Positions 1 through 10,087 of a DNA stretch of 26,157 bases are shown piece after piece. The DNA is from Chiloscyllium plagiosum (lineage: Eukaryota): the NCBI RefSeq assembly GCF_004010195.1, contig NC_057718.1:17014268-17040424 (forward strand), given 5' to 3'. Positions within the stretch are counted from its first letter, which is position 1; each line of letters opens with the position of its first letter. The position numbers and the translations under genes were made by a program. The notes below the pieces were generated by a model, which saw nothing but the letters and a program-made list of their open reading frames with translations, was not told the DNA's origin and ran no database searches.

Positions 1-720
1 TGAACAGAAAACTCTTCCAGACAGTATCAAATTACTGTAAATCTCAAAAAGCCTTACAGGCAATAAGAGGAAGTAAGCATTTAAAGAAGCATTGAATGCA
101 GTAAAAGCATACTAATAGCTAGAAGGACAAATGAATTCTGTGGAAAGAGATTGCTTTTCAACACCAAAAGCAGATTTCATCTCTTGAAGGTGCAAGATGC
201 TATTGTTTTTACTCAAAAAGCTATGAAAAGGACCACTGTTGAGTAGTCTGACATAAAGTTAACATTTCTGACCTGTTTATGCAGATAAAATTAAAAATAA
301 GAATTTTCAAAGAGATTTAAAATTGATTGAGAAACATTAATTACAAAGCAAATCATTGTTGCAGTTCAAAGTATCAAAGCCCCAAGGGTGACCTTAATTA
401 AGTCTATCCTATTTTGACAGTTTTGACAAATTTCAAAATTTTATTTGACAGCTAAGAAGCTTTATTGATTAAAATGTGAAAACATTGGATCAAGAAAAAG
501 ATGGGTTTTTAAATTTGGTGCAAAGACTTCTCTGGATGCAAACAATTTGCATGATGTCAATCCAACCATCTTTGGTACTGTCAAAACAAAATCATTGGAT
601 ATAAATTCAATATTGCTATTTTGAAAAGTTTCTACCTAGATCATTTTGAAAATGCTACTTCATCTTGGAAAATTAATATCTTCAAATGAAGATGCCATTT
701 GGTAAAGTAAAATTGAACTT
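1..720 (+). pseudogene. Highly decayed Gypsy/Ty3 LTR-retrotransposon gag-pol remnant
   Basis: Short motifs occur in the expected order: KALQAIRGS (48-74, gag-like), FCGKR (136-150, zinc-knuckle-like), RFKID* (313-330, like protease FKIDTGA) and KMPFG (689-703, RT motif). There is no long ORF and the spacing implies deletions. Confidence 0.4.
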
Positions 721-1216
721 AGCATTTAAAGCAGCATAAGCTTAAGCAGTTTTCTGTTTTTGTACAATGAAAATTTGTCAACAAATTTAATCAACTGAGA
801 ATGCTGCAAGGCAACAAATGTGTAAGGAGAACAATGTTCTTTTGAATAAAAAAAAAGTGCCTTCAACAATGAAAGAATGCGTCAAAATTTGCCAATCCAA
901 ATCTTAGAACCAGAAAGGCTTAATTTTTCTAGTCTGTTTGATATAACACCCCTCCAATTCTATCAACTTGCATCCAATCATACTGTCAACCACTTAGAAT
1001 ATTCTGGAAACAGCCATACAAAATCATAATTGCATCAAAAGTGGTGGTGTTGTTACATGAAATAATAGTCCAATATTCATTACCAAAGTTAGTAAAATTG
1101 AGCTGGGTTGCCAATTGATCTGGTTGGGTTATAGTATTGGTCTGAATCATTGAGATGGTAATGCTATAATCTTTCATTGTTTTAAAAGGTTACTGTAGAA
1201 AACACCATTCTTAAAA

Positions 1217-1530
1217 TTTTGAACAATGTCAGGATTGGAGCAACAGTTGAGTGCAGAACAGTTTTATTAACTTCTCTACATGGAAGAACATCAGATCATG
1301 TTACACAAATAACATTGATAAGAAGCTGATTTTAGATTTGACAAGCTCCTAACAGCATTTGATAAATATTTCACTGCAAGAACCAATAGGACACTGGCGT
1401 GATCATGTTTCAATAGCAGGTATAAATTTCCAGGAAAGCCCATTTTCTATAATTGTCTCCTAGATAAATCAGTTACTGAAATTTTTCAATCAAAATATGA
1501 TCTAATGTTAACATGAGTAGTCCAAATATT
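1217..1530 (+). pseudogene. Decayed Gypsy gag (capsid-like) fragment
   Basis: Manual translation gives F*TMSGLEQQLSAEQ (1217-), FDKLLTAFDKYFTARTNRTLA*SCFNSRYKFPGKPI (1337-1444) and LDKSVTEIFQSKYDLMLT*VVQI (1460-). These resemble Gypsy gag motifs FRxASGL, FDxYFxPRxNxxxERxxFNxRxQxPGE and LQxxxDLTL. Confidence 0.55.
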
Positions 1531-1660
1531 GGTGGACATAGAATCTAGGAAACTGTTGAAGAAATATTATCCATTAAGTATTGCATTTAATCAGTAGATT
1601 TTACTGAATGTGCTGACTATGTAGAGTGTAATAAACCATATCACGAGAGAAGACAGACCA

Positions 1661-1711
1661 TTCATCTGAACAATATGTTTCATCTGAACAATATGTTACA
1701 TCTGACAACAT
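1661..1711. repeat. 18-bp tandem duplication plus a degenerate third unit
   Basis: ttcatctgaacaatatgt occurs at 1661-1678 and 1679-1696, followed by tacatctgacaacat. Confidence 0.9.
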
Positions 1712-1973
1712 CAACGTGAAAGTTAAGCAGTCTACTATATAGTATCTTGTTATAGGCTGGTTTCAAAACCAGGAAGGAAAAACTGTCTAGCCTTCCATCA
1801 ACAATGTATTTATTGTAGTAAAGTAAGTTTCTTCTCAATGATATCCTATGGTCTGAAGAATATAGTAAACTGCAAATCAAATAGTTCCCAACCTAACCTA
1901 ACATGAACCTTCATACCTTGAAACAGAAACATCGAGAACAAGTCAACACTGACATGGAGCAAGCTTCAGATAT

Positions 1974-2021
1974 TGAGTGGTGGAGGGATCAAGCGGTCTA
2001 CTGTTCCTATTTCTTATGGTC
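1974..2021 (+). mobile_element. Short CR1 LINE 3'-tail remnant
   Basis: The segment ends ...ctgttcctatttcttatggtct, like the TATGGTCT tail of the CR1 copy ending at 7420. Confidence 0.45.
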
Positions 2022-2269
2022 TACATTGGAGGACCAGATGGATGTATCAACTACTTAATTTTATCCTCAGCGAACTAATAGTTGAACAATTATGTAATTG
2101 TAGAAGTACAATGGGCAGTTCATCTTTTAAACACTCCTGTAATTACAACATTGTAAGGGAAGGCAGCAAAGAAAATAAGGGTTTGGTTTGTGACTTTTTT
2201 TGACAGAAATATAATGTTATCTTAATTTTTTTTCCTGTTTGGAGGTTAATGCATCACTTGGTACTTGAC

Positions 2270-2465
2270 AAGTATGCAGACGAGAAATTTGTTTCAGATG
2301 GTGGAGTAATTCGGGCAATTTTGATCGATTGCCCATTCCAAGCCATGCTTGACATTTAATTCCATTAATTGCAATGGAACTGAAATTCGGGTTCTGTAAA
2401 TAATTGGTTAGATAGCACCTGGATTGTACCACCACCTGAGATCAGTTTCTAACTTTGCATGTTTT
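2270..2465. mobile_element. Old palindromic (MITE-like hairpin) element
   Basis: Central hairpin ttccatt-aattgc-aatggaa (2360-2379). Arm 2284-2316 matches the reverse complement of 2417-2449 at 22/33 positions by manual count, and similarity extends outward. Confidence 0.55.
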
Positions 2466-2659
2466 AAACTTGACTTGCTGCCCATTATATAATTTAGAAA
2501 GTGTTATTTTACAATTTTACAGAAGAAAATCTCAATGCTGTCACATTCAAACTAGCAACTCATGATAAATGGAATGATCATAATAATTGTAGATAAAATT
2601 CAGTTATATAATTTAAAGCATCTATGCTTCTTTTACAATAAACACAATGCCCTAGAGTT

Positions 2660-2990
2660 TACATAGCATTACAGTAGTGTTATGGCATAGAAGAAGGCCA
2701 TTTGGCCAATTGTGTGTGCACTGGCTCTTCAGATGAGCATCATCAGCTACTGCGAATTTCTTGCTTTCTCTCCCATATCTTGCACTTATTTCTATCCAAA
2801 TAATCATTCGAAAGCACCTTCAATGCCTTAATCAAATGTGCCTCCAATAGAATTCCAGGCAGTGCACTCTAAATCCCACAGCCCAATGGAATGTCCTGCC
2901 CCATGTGTCCAAGACCTGTGGGTCAAGAATAGACCAAACTACTTGTTATGTGAAAAAACTTCTCCTGGCATCACATTTGCTTCTTTTATA
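2660..2990 (-). mobile_element. Old CR1 LINE 3' end
   Basis: Antisense CR1 tail motifs (catagaagaaggccatttggcc, aggcagtgcactc, gtgaaaaaacttctcct), with an unrelated ~55-bp insert near 2880-2935. Confidence 0.6.
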
Positions 2991-3124
2991 TTGGAACACA
3001 AGAGAGCAACAACTTGAAGAAAAATCAATTTTAAAAAAGCAACTACGGATATTGGAAATCTGTAACAAAACCAGCTTGCTGGCAAAATGCAGCAGGTCTG
3101 GCTGCATCTATGGGGAGAAAGCAG

Positions 3125-3162
3125 GATTAACGTTCAGAGTCCCGTGACTCTTTATCAGAACT
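3125..3162 (-). ncRNA. Degenerate minimal hammerhead ribozyme motif in the PLE terminus
   Basis: The minus strand reads agtt-CTGATAA-AGAGTC-acgg-GACTCT-GAAC-GTT-aatc. Stem II is intact, and the core deviates from CUGANGA...GAAA. Confidence 0.5.
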
Positions 3163-3352
3163 GTAGCAGCTAGGAAGAATTGGTATTTATGGTGAAGACA
3201 GGGTTTTGGAGAAGAGATGGAGTCAGAGCCCAGAGAGGGAGATACGAAAGAGGTTTGGCAGATATGGGATTATTGATAGTAGGCCAGGACAAAAGAGAAG
3301 CTGAATAAAGTGATATTGAGAGCTGAGTATGGGCTGGCTGCGCGAAAAGTAA

Positions 3353-3564
3353 GAGTCGAAGAGGGTGGTGCTGGAAAAGCACAGCCAGTCAGGCAGCATC
3401 CGAGGAGCAGGAGAATCGATGTTTCGAGCATAAACTTATAAATGAAGAGCTTATGCTTGAAACGTTGATTCTCTTGGTCCTTGGATGCTGCCTGACCTGC
3501 TGTGCTTTTCCAGCACCACACTCTTCAACTCTGATCTCCAGCATCCAGAATGCTCACTTTCTCC
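3353..3564. mobile_element. Palindromic non-autonomous PLE-derived element nested in the older PLE
   Basis: Inverted arms are 3353-3433 and 3451-3531. The flanking direct repeats ctgcgcgaaaagtaa (3338-3352) and ctgtgctaaaagtaa (3565-3579) match at 13/15. Confidence 0.8.
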
Positions 3565-4619
3565 CTGTGCTAAAAGTAACCCATGTCGTGACAAGAGTGG
3601 ATGTGGAGTGGGTAAAAAACATGGAAGGATGGAATCAGGCTCTAAAGTTATTGAACTCTACGCTGAGTCCGAGAGGCTGCAGGGACCCCAAGTGGGAAAA
3701 GAGATGTCCTTTGAGCTTGTGCTGAGGCTCACTGGAGCACAGAAATGTTGACATGGGAACACAGTGGGGTGTTGAAGTGGCAGGAAACTGGAAGCTTGAG
3801 GTAACTTTTACAGACAGAATGTAGGTGCTCAGCAAAGCAGTCTCCCAGTCTGTGATTTGTCTCCCCATTGTAGAGGGGACCAGTCTGTGAACAGCAAATA
3901 CAGTAGATCAAATTGAGTGAAGTGCAGGTAAATCGTTGCTTTACCTGGAGGGTGTGTGCGGGGCCTTGGATATAGAGGAGGGAGGAAGTAAACGGACAGA
4001 TGTTACATCTCCTGCAATTACATGGGAAAGGGCTGTGGGCAGGTATTGGAGTGAAGGAGGAATGGATCAGAGTATCTCAGAGGGAATGGTCCCTGCAGAA
4101 TGCTGACGATGGAGGGGAGGGAATAAGTGTCTGGTGGTGGCATCCTGCTGCAGGCGGCAGAAATGGTAGCCAATGGTCCTATGGATGTGGATGCTCGTGG
4201 GATTGTAAGTGAGGGCCAGAGGGATCCTATCACTGTTGTGGAAGGGAAGAAAAGGGATGAGGGCAGAAGTGTAGGAGATGGAGATGGATCAGACATGGCT
4301 GAGGGCACTGTCAATAACAGTCCTGGGGAATTCTAGGTTGGGAAAGATGGACATTTCAGAGGCCACCTTGTCAATGTTGGCATTATCACAACCGATGTGT
4401 CAGAAATAGAGGAATTGGGAGAATGGCTTGGGCTCTTACAGGAAGCAGGATATGAGGATGTATAGTCAAAGTAACTGTGGGAGTCGGTGGGTGTATAGTG
4501 GGTATTGCTGGCCAGCCTATCTTGAGAAATGGAAACAGAGATGTCGAGAAAGGAAAGGGAGGAGTCGGAGATGGACTAGGTGTAAGTGAGAGAGGAGTGG
4601 AAATTGGACGCAAATTGAT

Positions 4620-4813
4620 AAGAAGGTATAACACCTTCCCGTTTACCTCCTCCACTGTTCGAGAAGCCACACACACAAGCAGCGATTTACCTGTACTTCA
4701 CTCAATTTGATCTACTGTATTTGCTGTTCACAGTGTGATCCCCGCTACAGTGAGGAGACAAACCACAGACTGGGGGACTGCTTTGTAGAACAACTACATT
4801 CTGTCTGTAAAAA
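4620..4813 (+). mobile_element. Inverted partial copy of the PLE endonuclease region
   Basis: 4677-4812 is the reverse complement of 3807-3941 and includes the identical run cttcactcaatttgatctactgtatttgctgttcacag. Confidence 0.85.
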
Positions 4814-4817
4814 TGAA

Positions 4818-5023
4818 GGCATTAGTGAACCAGCCAGGATTTTACAATGATTGATTATAGTTGCTGCAATCACTATTAATGACACCATCTTTATATTTCT
4901 GAGTTATTAACCAAATTCAAATTCCACCTCCTGTCATGCTGGGATTCAAATCTGTGTCCACAAATCATTAACCAGGGCCTCTGATTAACAAATCTGTTTA
5001 TATTACCAACCTGCCAACATCCC
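4818..5023 (-). mobile_element. tRNA-derived SINE (possibly SacSINE1/DeuSINE-like), decayed
   Basis: Antisense B-box-like gggattcaaatc and an aattcaaattccacc motif typical of a common shark SINE. The family name is from recall. Confidence 0.55.
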
Positions 5024-5689
5024 TAATTGTAAAATAATTAATTAGATCAATGGCCTTGATGGTAAATAAAGCTGGAAATCATTGTTTTAGCTATTGCTTT
5101 AGCTTTAACTATTGTATTATTGACTGGCATTAAGATAAATAATTAATTCTTTACATATAAGATTGCCAAACATTTAGAAAATTAATACGTTGTTTCTCTT
5201 AATTTAAGTCTATGAACATTTCAAACTAGGCTCACACAACACAAAAGCAAAATATAAAATCTAATTCCATGCAATAAAACCTGTAATCAATTATTCAGCA
5301 TTGCCGGTCTCAGGGTTAAAAGGAAGATTCGTACAGTGTAAAAATAGCCAAGGGTTTTTATTAGATAATTGTCTGCTTACCATTTTTATCACAGTTGCAT
5401 TAATCAATGGGAATCTGTGATAGACTGAATTCAGTGTATTTATGAATGAGCATTAATTAAATATTTGGTGAGCACTGAGATGGGACAGGGTTGTTGGATC
5501 ACATCATAAAGTCTATCCGCTGGATGCAAATGAATGAATTAACAAGTTAACTTTTTTTTAAGTAACAGGCATGATTAATAGCTGCATCACAGTGCAAATA
5601 CAATAGATCAGCACTATAATTCTTCCTTGTCGATTTGACCAGGCTGCTCTAACTGAAAGATTTAATTATTCATTTAGCTCCTTTTCCTT

Positions 5690-6515
5690 CGCCAGTCCCT
5701 CTGGATCAAGAATGACTTGCTTCCACCTCAGTTTGATCCAGATGATGGATCATTCCAATACATGATCTGCAGCCTCTGCCATGTACAGGCCTGCTGGTGC
5801 CGAAAGGATTGGTTAGATGAGTTGTATGCTTTGACCCCCACATTTTGAGGACATCCCTGAAGAGTTCCCATTGTCCTCACTGGAGTCTCATGCCTTCACT
5901 GAGTTCTGATTATCGCAGTTGCTTCAGGTGTCTGGTATCAGACATGCAAATGGCAAGTCCTGTCCAGCTGAATTGACACTGAGTGATTAACATCTCGATG
6001 CTGTGCATATTATTCTAGGAGAGGATGCTGCTGTGGGACCACCATTGTTATCTCTAAATTTGGAGAATCTTGCAATGACACCACTGATAGAATGTGGAGG
6101 TGCCTGCCGTAAACTATTTAAGAATGTGAGGGGAAGAACATTATGGTGTGCTGATAGTGTCCCTATCTCTGAGCCAGGAGGCCCAGGTTCAAATCCCACC
6201 TGCCTCAGAGGTGTGTCATAACAGATTGATTTGAAGGTAGGAGTGTGGGGATCACTCTATCTGCTGCTTGGTGAACCGTAATCTTAGCCTCAGGCTTGTG
6301 GTTGTTGACCTCAAATACCAGAGCCTCTTGAGCAGATGAAGCATGGGAACACCTTGGGTGCCATGTTCTCATGTTTAAAGATAAAACAATCTTTCTCATA
6401 GTGGATTAGTCTTCCCAGTGGAATAAGGCTGGTGGATCAAATAACTACATGGTCCCACCTCAGTAGCAGTGGTTGAAATGTTCAAGGAAATGTTTGCCAT
6501 ACTGGCATCCCTGAT
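5690..6515 (-). mobile_element. RTE-clade LINE remnant (RT C-terminal region and 3' end)
   Basis: The minus strand of 5843-6093 translates FYQWCHCKILQI...SIEMLITQCQFSWTGLAICMSDTRHLKQLR*SELSEGMRLQ*GQWELFRDVLK, like RTE QLRWAGHVxRMxDxRLPKQLLYSEL...GGQxKRFKD. ORF 6205-6399 contains VFE...KITVHQAA..VIPTLL. Confidence 0.75.
6135..6232 (+). mobile_element. Short tRNA-derived SINE inserted in the RTE LINE
   Basis: B box ggttcaaatccc (6186-6197) with a degenerate A box. It is the same family as the split copy at 17362-17429 and 20459-20492. Confidence 0.7.
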
Positions 6516-6544
6516 CTATTTATCCCTCATAATGGTCCACAGTA

Positions 6545-6614
6545 GAGTCTAGATTAGAGTGGTGCTGGAAAAGCACAGCAGGTTGGGCAGCATCCGAGGA
6601 GCAGGAAAATCGAT
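6545..6614 (-). mobile_element. Short PLE-derived terminal fragment (same family as 3353-3564)
   Basis: tggtgctggaaaagcacagcagg...gcagcatccgaggagcaggaaaatcgatg is near-identical to 3366-3421. Confidence 0.85.
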
Positions 6615-6964
6615 GGACACACATTGAAATCTTTAGATTTATCCATATACTTAGATATCTGCTACCCACCACAGAGGCTGGAAAAGGGATCTGCACTGTC
6701 AAATCTTTGTTAAAAACAGTTATGATATCTCTTTAACCCTGTTACATCACCAAGCTGGCCTGCTGTCCAACAGTTTCTCTCCATAAGAACCTTTCATTAT
6801 GCACACACCGTGCCTATGTCTTAAGACAGCAGAGGTTCATGGAAAAGGAAGACCATAACTATAAAAGCCACCATGAAGTACAACACTTACTGGTGCTATG
6901 GCCAGGGGAGTCACTGTAGGCCCATGACCGGAAGTTGAAAGGCCAGGTGTTGGACAATCAATTC

Positions 6965-7420
6965 GACAGTCTTACATATGATGATCGGCTGAGGATCCTG
7001 GAATTGAATTCATTAGAGTTTAGAAGGTTGAGGGGAGATCTAATAGAAACTTACAAAGCAATGCATGGCTTAGAAAAAGTGGACACTGGGAAGTTGTTTC
7101 CATTAGGCGGGGAGACTAGGACACCTGTGCATAGCCTTACAATTAGAGGGGGTCAGTTTAGAATGGAAATGAGGAGACATTTCTTCAGCCAGAAGTTGGT
7201 GGGCCTGTGGAATTCATTGCCACGGAGCACAGTGGAGGCCAGGACGTTGGGTGTTTTCAAGGGAGAGTTTGATCAATTCTTGATCCAGCAAGGATTAAGG
7301 GCTATGGGGAGAGTGGAGGATAAGTGGAATTGAAGCACCCATCAGCCATGACTAAAGTGGAGTGGACTCGATGGGCCGAATAGCCTTGCTTCCACTATGG
7401 TCTTATGGTCTTATGGTCTT
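6965..7420 (+). mobile_element. 5'-truncated CR1 LINE (ORF2 C-terminus and 3'UTR)
   Basis: ORF 6935-7333 contains SLEFRRLRGDLIETYK...FFSQKLVGLWNSLP. The tail is (TATGGTCT)x3 at 7396-7419. Confidence 0.92.
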
Positions 7421-7729
7421 ACCCTATGAAAGCTGATCGGAGATTCTCAAGAGAAATTGCCCTGCACTGGGATCACCAACAGACAGTCTTTGGAGAATTT
7501 CGCAAATGACCAAGCAGGGAGCCCAACCAACTCATCCCAGGGTTCACACGTCCCTCTACAGAAAAACAGTAATCTTTGACCTCACCCAAAAGAGAAAAGA
7601 AATCTGACTGACTAATCAGACCACCAGGCCACTTATGGTCAGACCATACATGGAAAGATGACTCGGGGGTGGCATCAATGAGTTTGGGGCTGGGGATGTA
7701 GATTATTGTAAATAGTTTTGTAAATAACG

Positions 7730-8320
7730 AGTTTTGAGAAGATTTGTAGCTTTCTGAGGTTCTGGATATAGGTATGCTCGCTGAGCTGGAAGGTTTGTTT
7801 TCAGATGTTTTGTCACCCTACTTGGTAACATCTTCGGTGAGCCTCGGGATGAAGCAATGTTTGGGTTTCCTTGGGTTGGTGATGTCATTTCCTGTGGTGA
7901 TGCCACTTCCTGTTATTTTTCTCAGGGGTGGTAAATGGGATCCAATCAAATGTATTTGTTGATAGAGTTCCAGTTGGAGTGCCGTGCTTCGAGGAATTCT
8001 CATGCGCGTCTCTGTTTGGCCTGTCCTAGGATGGATGTGTTGTCCCAGTCAAAGTGGTGTCCTTCCTCATCCATATGTAAGGATACTAGTGAGAGAGGGT
8101 CATGTCTTTTTGTGGCTAGTTGATGTTCATGTATCCTGGTAGGTAGTTTTCTGCCTGTTTGTCCAAAATAGTGTCTGTTACAGTTCTTGCAAGGTATATT
8201 GTGAATTATATTAGCTTTGCTTGTTGTCTGTATAGGATCTTTCAAGTTCATTAGCCGCTGTTTTAGTGTGTTGTTGGGTTTGTGAGCTATCATGATTCCA
8301 AGGGTTCTGAATAGTCTGGC
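7730..8320 (-). mobile_element. Second Penelope-like family (Penelope/Poseidon-type), GIY-YIG region plus terminus
   Basis: ORF 8000-8353 contains NIIHNIPCKNCNRHYFGQTGRKLPTRIHEH...GHHFDWDNTSIL. Confidence 0.88.
7801..7840 (-). ncRNA. Decayed type-I minimal hammerhead ribozyme motif in the PLE terminus
   Basis: The minus strand reads TCA-CCGAAGA-T-GTTACC-aagtag-GGTGAC-AAAACATC-TGA. Stem I is TCA/TGA and stem II is GTTACC/GGTGAC. The core is three transitions from CTGAAGA...GAAACGTC, two of them at CpG sites. Confidence 0.6.
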
Positions 8321-8743
8321 ATCATGGTAGCCCACAAACACTACATTGGACAAACAGGCAGAAAACTAGCCACCAGGATAGCCACCAGGATGAACATCAA
8401 TTAACCACAAAACGACATGACCCTCTCTCACTAGTATTCTTATATACGGATGAGGAAGGACACCAATTCGACTGGTACATCCATCCTAGGACAAGCCAAA
8501 CAGAGACAAACACGATAATTCCTAGAAGTATGGCATTCCAACTGGAACTTTATCAACAAACACATTGACCTGGATCCCATTTACCACCTTCTGAGAAAAA
8601 GAACGGGAAATGATGTCACCATGGGAAATGACATCACTAACTCAAGGAAACCCAAACATTTAAATAGAAAGTGAGCTACACCACCAGTGCTGGAGGCTCA
8701 CTGAAAATGAACCATCCAACTCAGTGAACAAACCTACATCCAG
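8320..8743 (+). mobile_element. Inverted copy of the same PLE 3' region
   Basis: Reverse-complement match to 7762-8296 (for example HYIGQTGRKLATR and aaacgacatgaccctctctcactagta), with internal deletions and a 12-bp tandem duplication at 8367-8390. Confidence 0.88.
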
Positions 8744-8949
8744 TTTTGTAGTTTATGAAGTAGGACAAGTTAATGGGGTGGGGGAGGTAGATGGAGTATA
8801 ATATGGGTGACAACTATATGATAATACTTGACTGCATCATCAGCTAATGTCAGATCACGTAAGACTGAGACCAGAGAGAAGACAATTGGAGTGAAGCCCT
8901 GTTCTGCTGTGCCGCTGTATCTCAGTTAGTGGCAAATGCGGGGTGATGG

Positions 8950-9122
8950 TTGGGTAGCTATCTTGGTTGGATGGCTGGGTTGTGTTGCAGAGTCATGCCA
9001 TTAGCATGGGTTCAATTCCTACACTTACTATAAAGGATTATCTTTCCTCAACCTCTGCCCTCATATGAGGTGGTGATACGTAGGTTCTCTCTAATGACAG
9101 AAAAGGACTATGATGACTTTTA
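8950..9122 (+). mobile_element. tRNA-derived SINE, decayed
   Basis: ggttggatggctgg head, B box gggttcaattcc and a ggactatgatgacttt tail. It is the same family as 13897-14108 on the minus strand. Confidence 0.6.
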
Positions 9123-10087
9123 TCAAGGTTAATAAATGTTATTAGTCTACACTAGTATGGGGCAGTCCGGTATCTATAATTCTTAGAATAAGCCTCTGAC
9201 ATTCCTACATTTTCAGATAAAATTTATACTGATGTTGATTAAAAATATTTAGAAATCCAAGAGATCCCTGCAATATGAACATGATTATCTCTCATTGTTC
9301 AGCAAATGTCAGGATTGGAAGGTGCAGTCAAAATTAATCTATCCATTAGTAAGTAATTTCAGGATACTATGAATCTGATTGTCAGTAAAGAGAAAGAGAC
9401 AAGCTCCACTCGAGTTGTAGTTCATCAGATCCAATCTGCCAGACACAATCCACATGCTTTTATGCATCAGGACTTTTATCCATACACTTTAATATCTGAG
9501 GTGACAGTCCATTATCCTCCACAATCCTCAGGGAAATGGACAAATACAATTTGTCTCAGTTTATAGTTGAGTTGTGGTGTTCTGGGGAATTTCTGTTTTA
9601 TTTTCCATGTCTTCTTCTGGAAATCAATGGATGGGGCTTACCTGCTAAAAGATGGTTGCTTTCGAATGTCAGTCATAGAAACCCGCAGTTGCCTAAATTC
9701 AGTGAGAATTTCACTCTTCTAAAGAAAACTTTCAGGTGGTGAAATTTGACAGCAGTCTGAGTGTCTCAGCAGGCTCTGAAACTCCAGCTGTACAGGTGCA
9801 TGCTCCTTAACACTACATTCGATTGTGCATTTACTCATGAACTTCAAGGAACACACAAACGTCTCAGGTGTAAGTAACGGCTATATAACTATTATGGCAG
9901 TCACCTGTGACCAGGAATCCTTGAGAGCATGGTGGTGGGACACTTGAGCCACTGCAGGTGATCTCATGGAAAGGAAGGAGGTGTTAGCATCAGTTCAGGT
10001 CAGCCAGGGATGCTTGAGAATAAGTGTAACTAGTGACTAGTGACAGTGATATGTTAATTTAGCATAATTGGGTCATCACTTCAGATC

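Larger units (their letters stand above)
3033..4620 (-). mobile_element. Penelope-like element (decayed) with GIY-YIG endonuclease and terminal pseudo-LTR
   Basis: ORF 3729-3911 reads IYCICCSQTGPLYNGETNHRLGDCFAEH...CHFN, a GIY-YIG of PLE type. A Cys cluster CNCRRCNICP lies near 3990-4025 and the C-terminus reads LGSLQPLGLSVEFNNF (3635-3700). The terminal segment is 3033-3162. Confidence 0.85.

Noticed and set aside
3270..3725. Two opposite-strand ORFs with signal-peptide-like starts (MLETSILLLLGCC and MLETLILLVLGCC)
   Set aside because: They are mirror translations of the palindromic repeat at 3353-3531, not paralogous secreted proteins.
4000..4710. Pro/Ser-rich and Gly-rich ORFs
   Set aside because: They are out-of-frame or antisense readings of the decayed PLE.
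6620..7700. Sequence flanking the 6965-7420 CR1 that may be another old retroelement
   Set aside because: I could not recover a convincing protein motif, so it is left unannotated.
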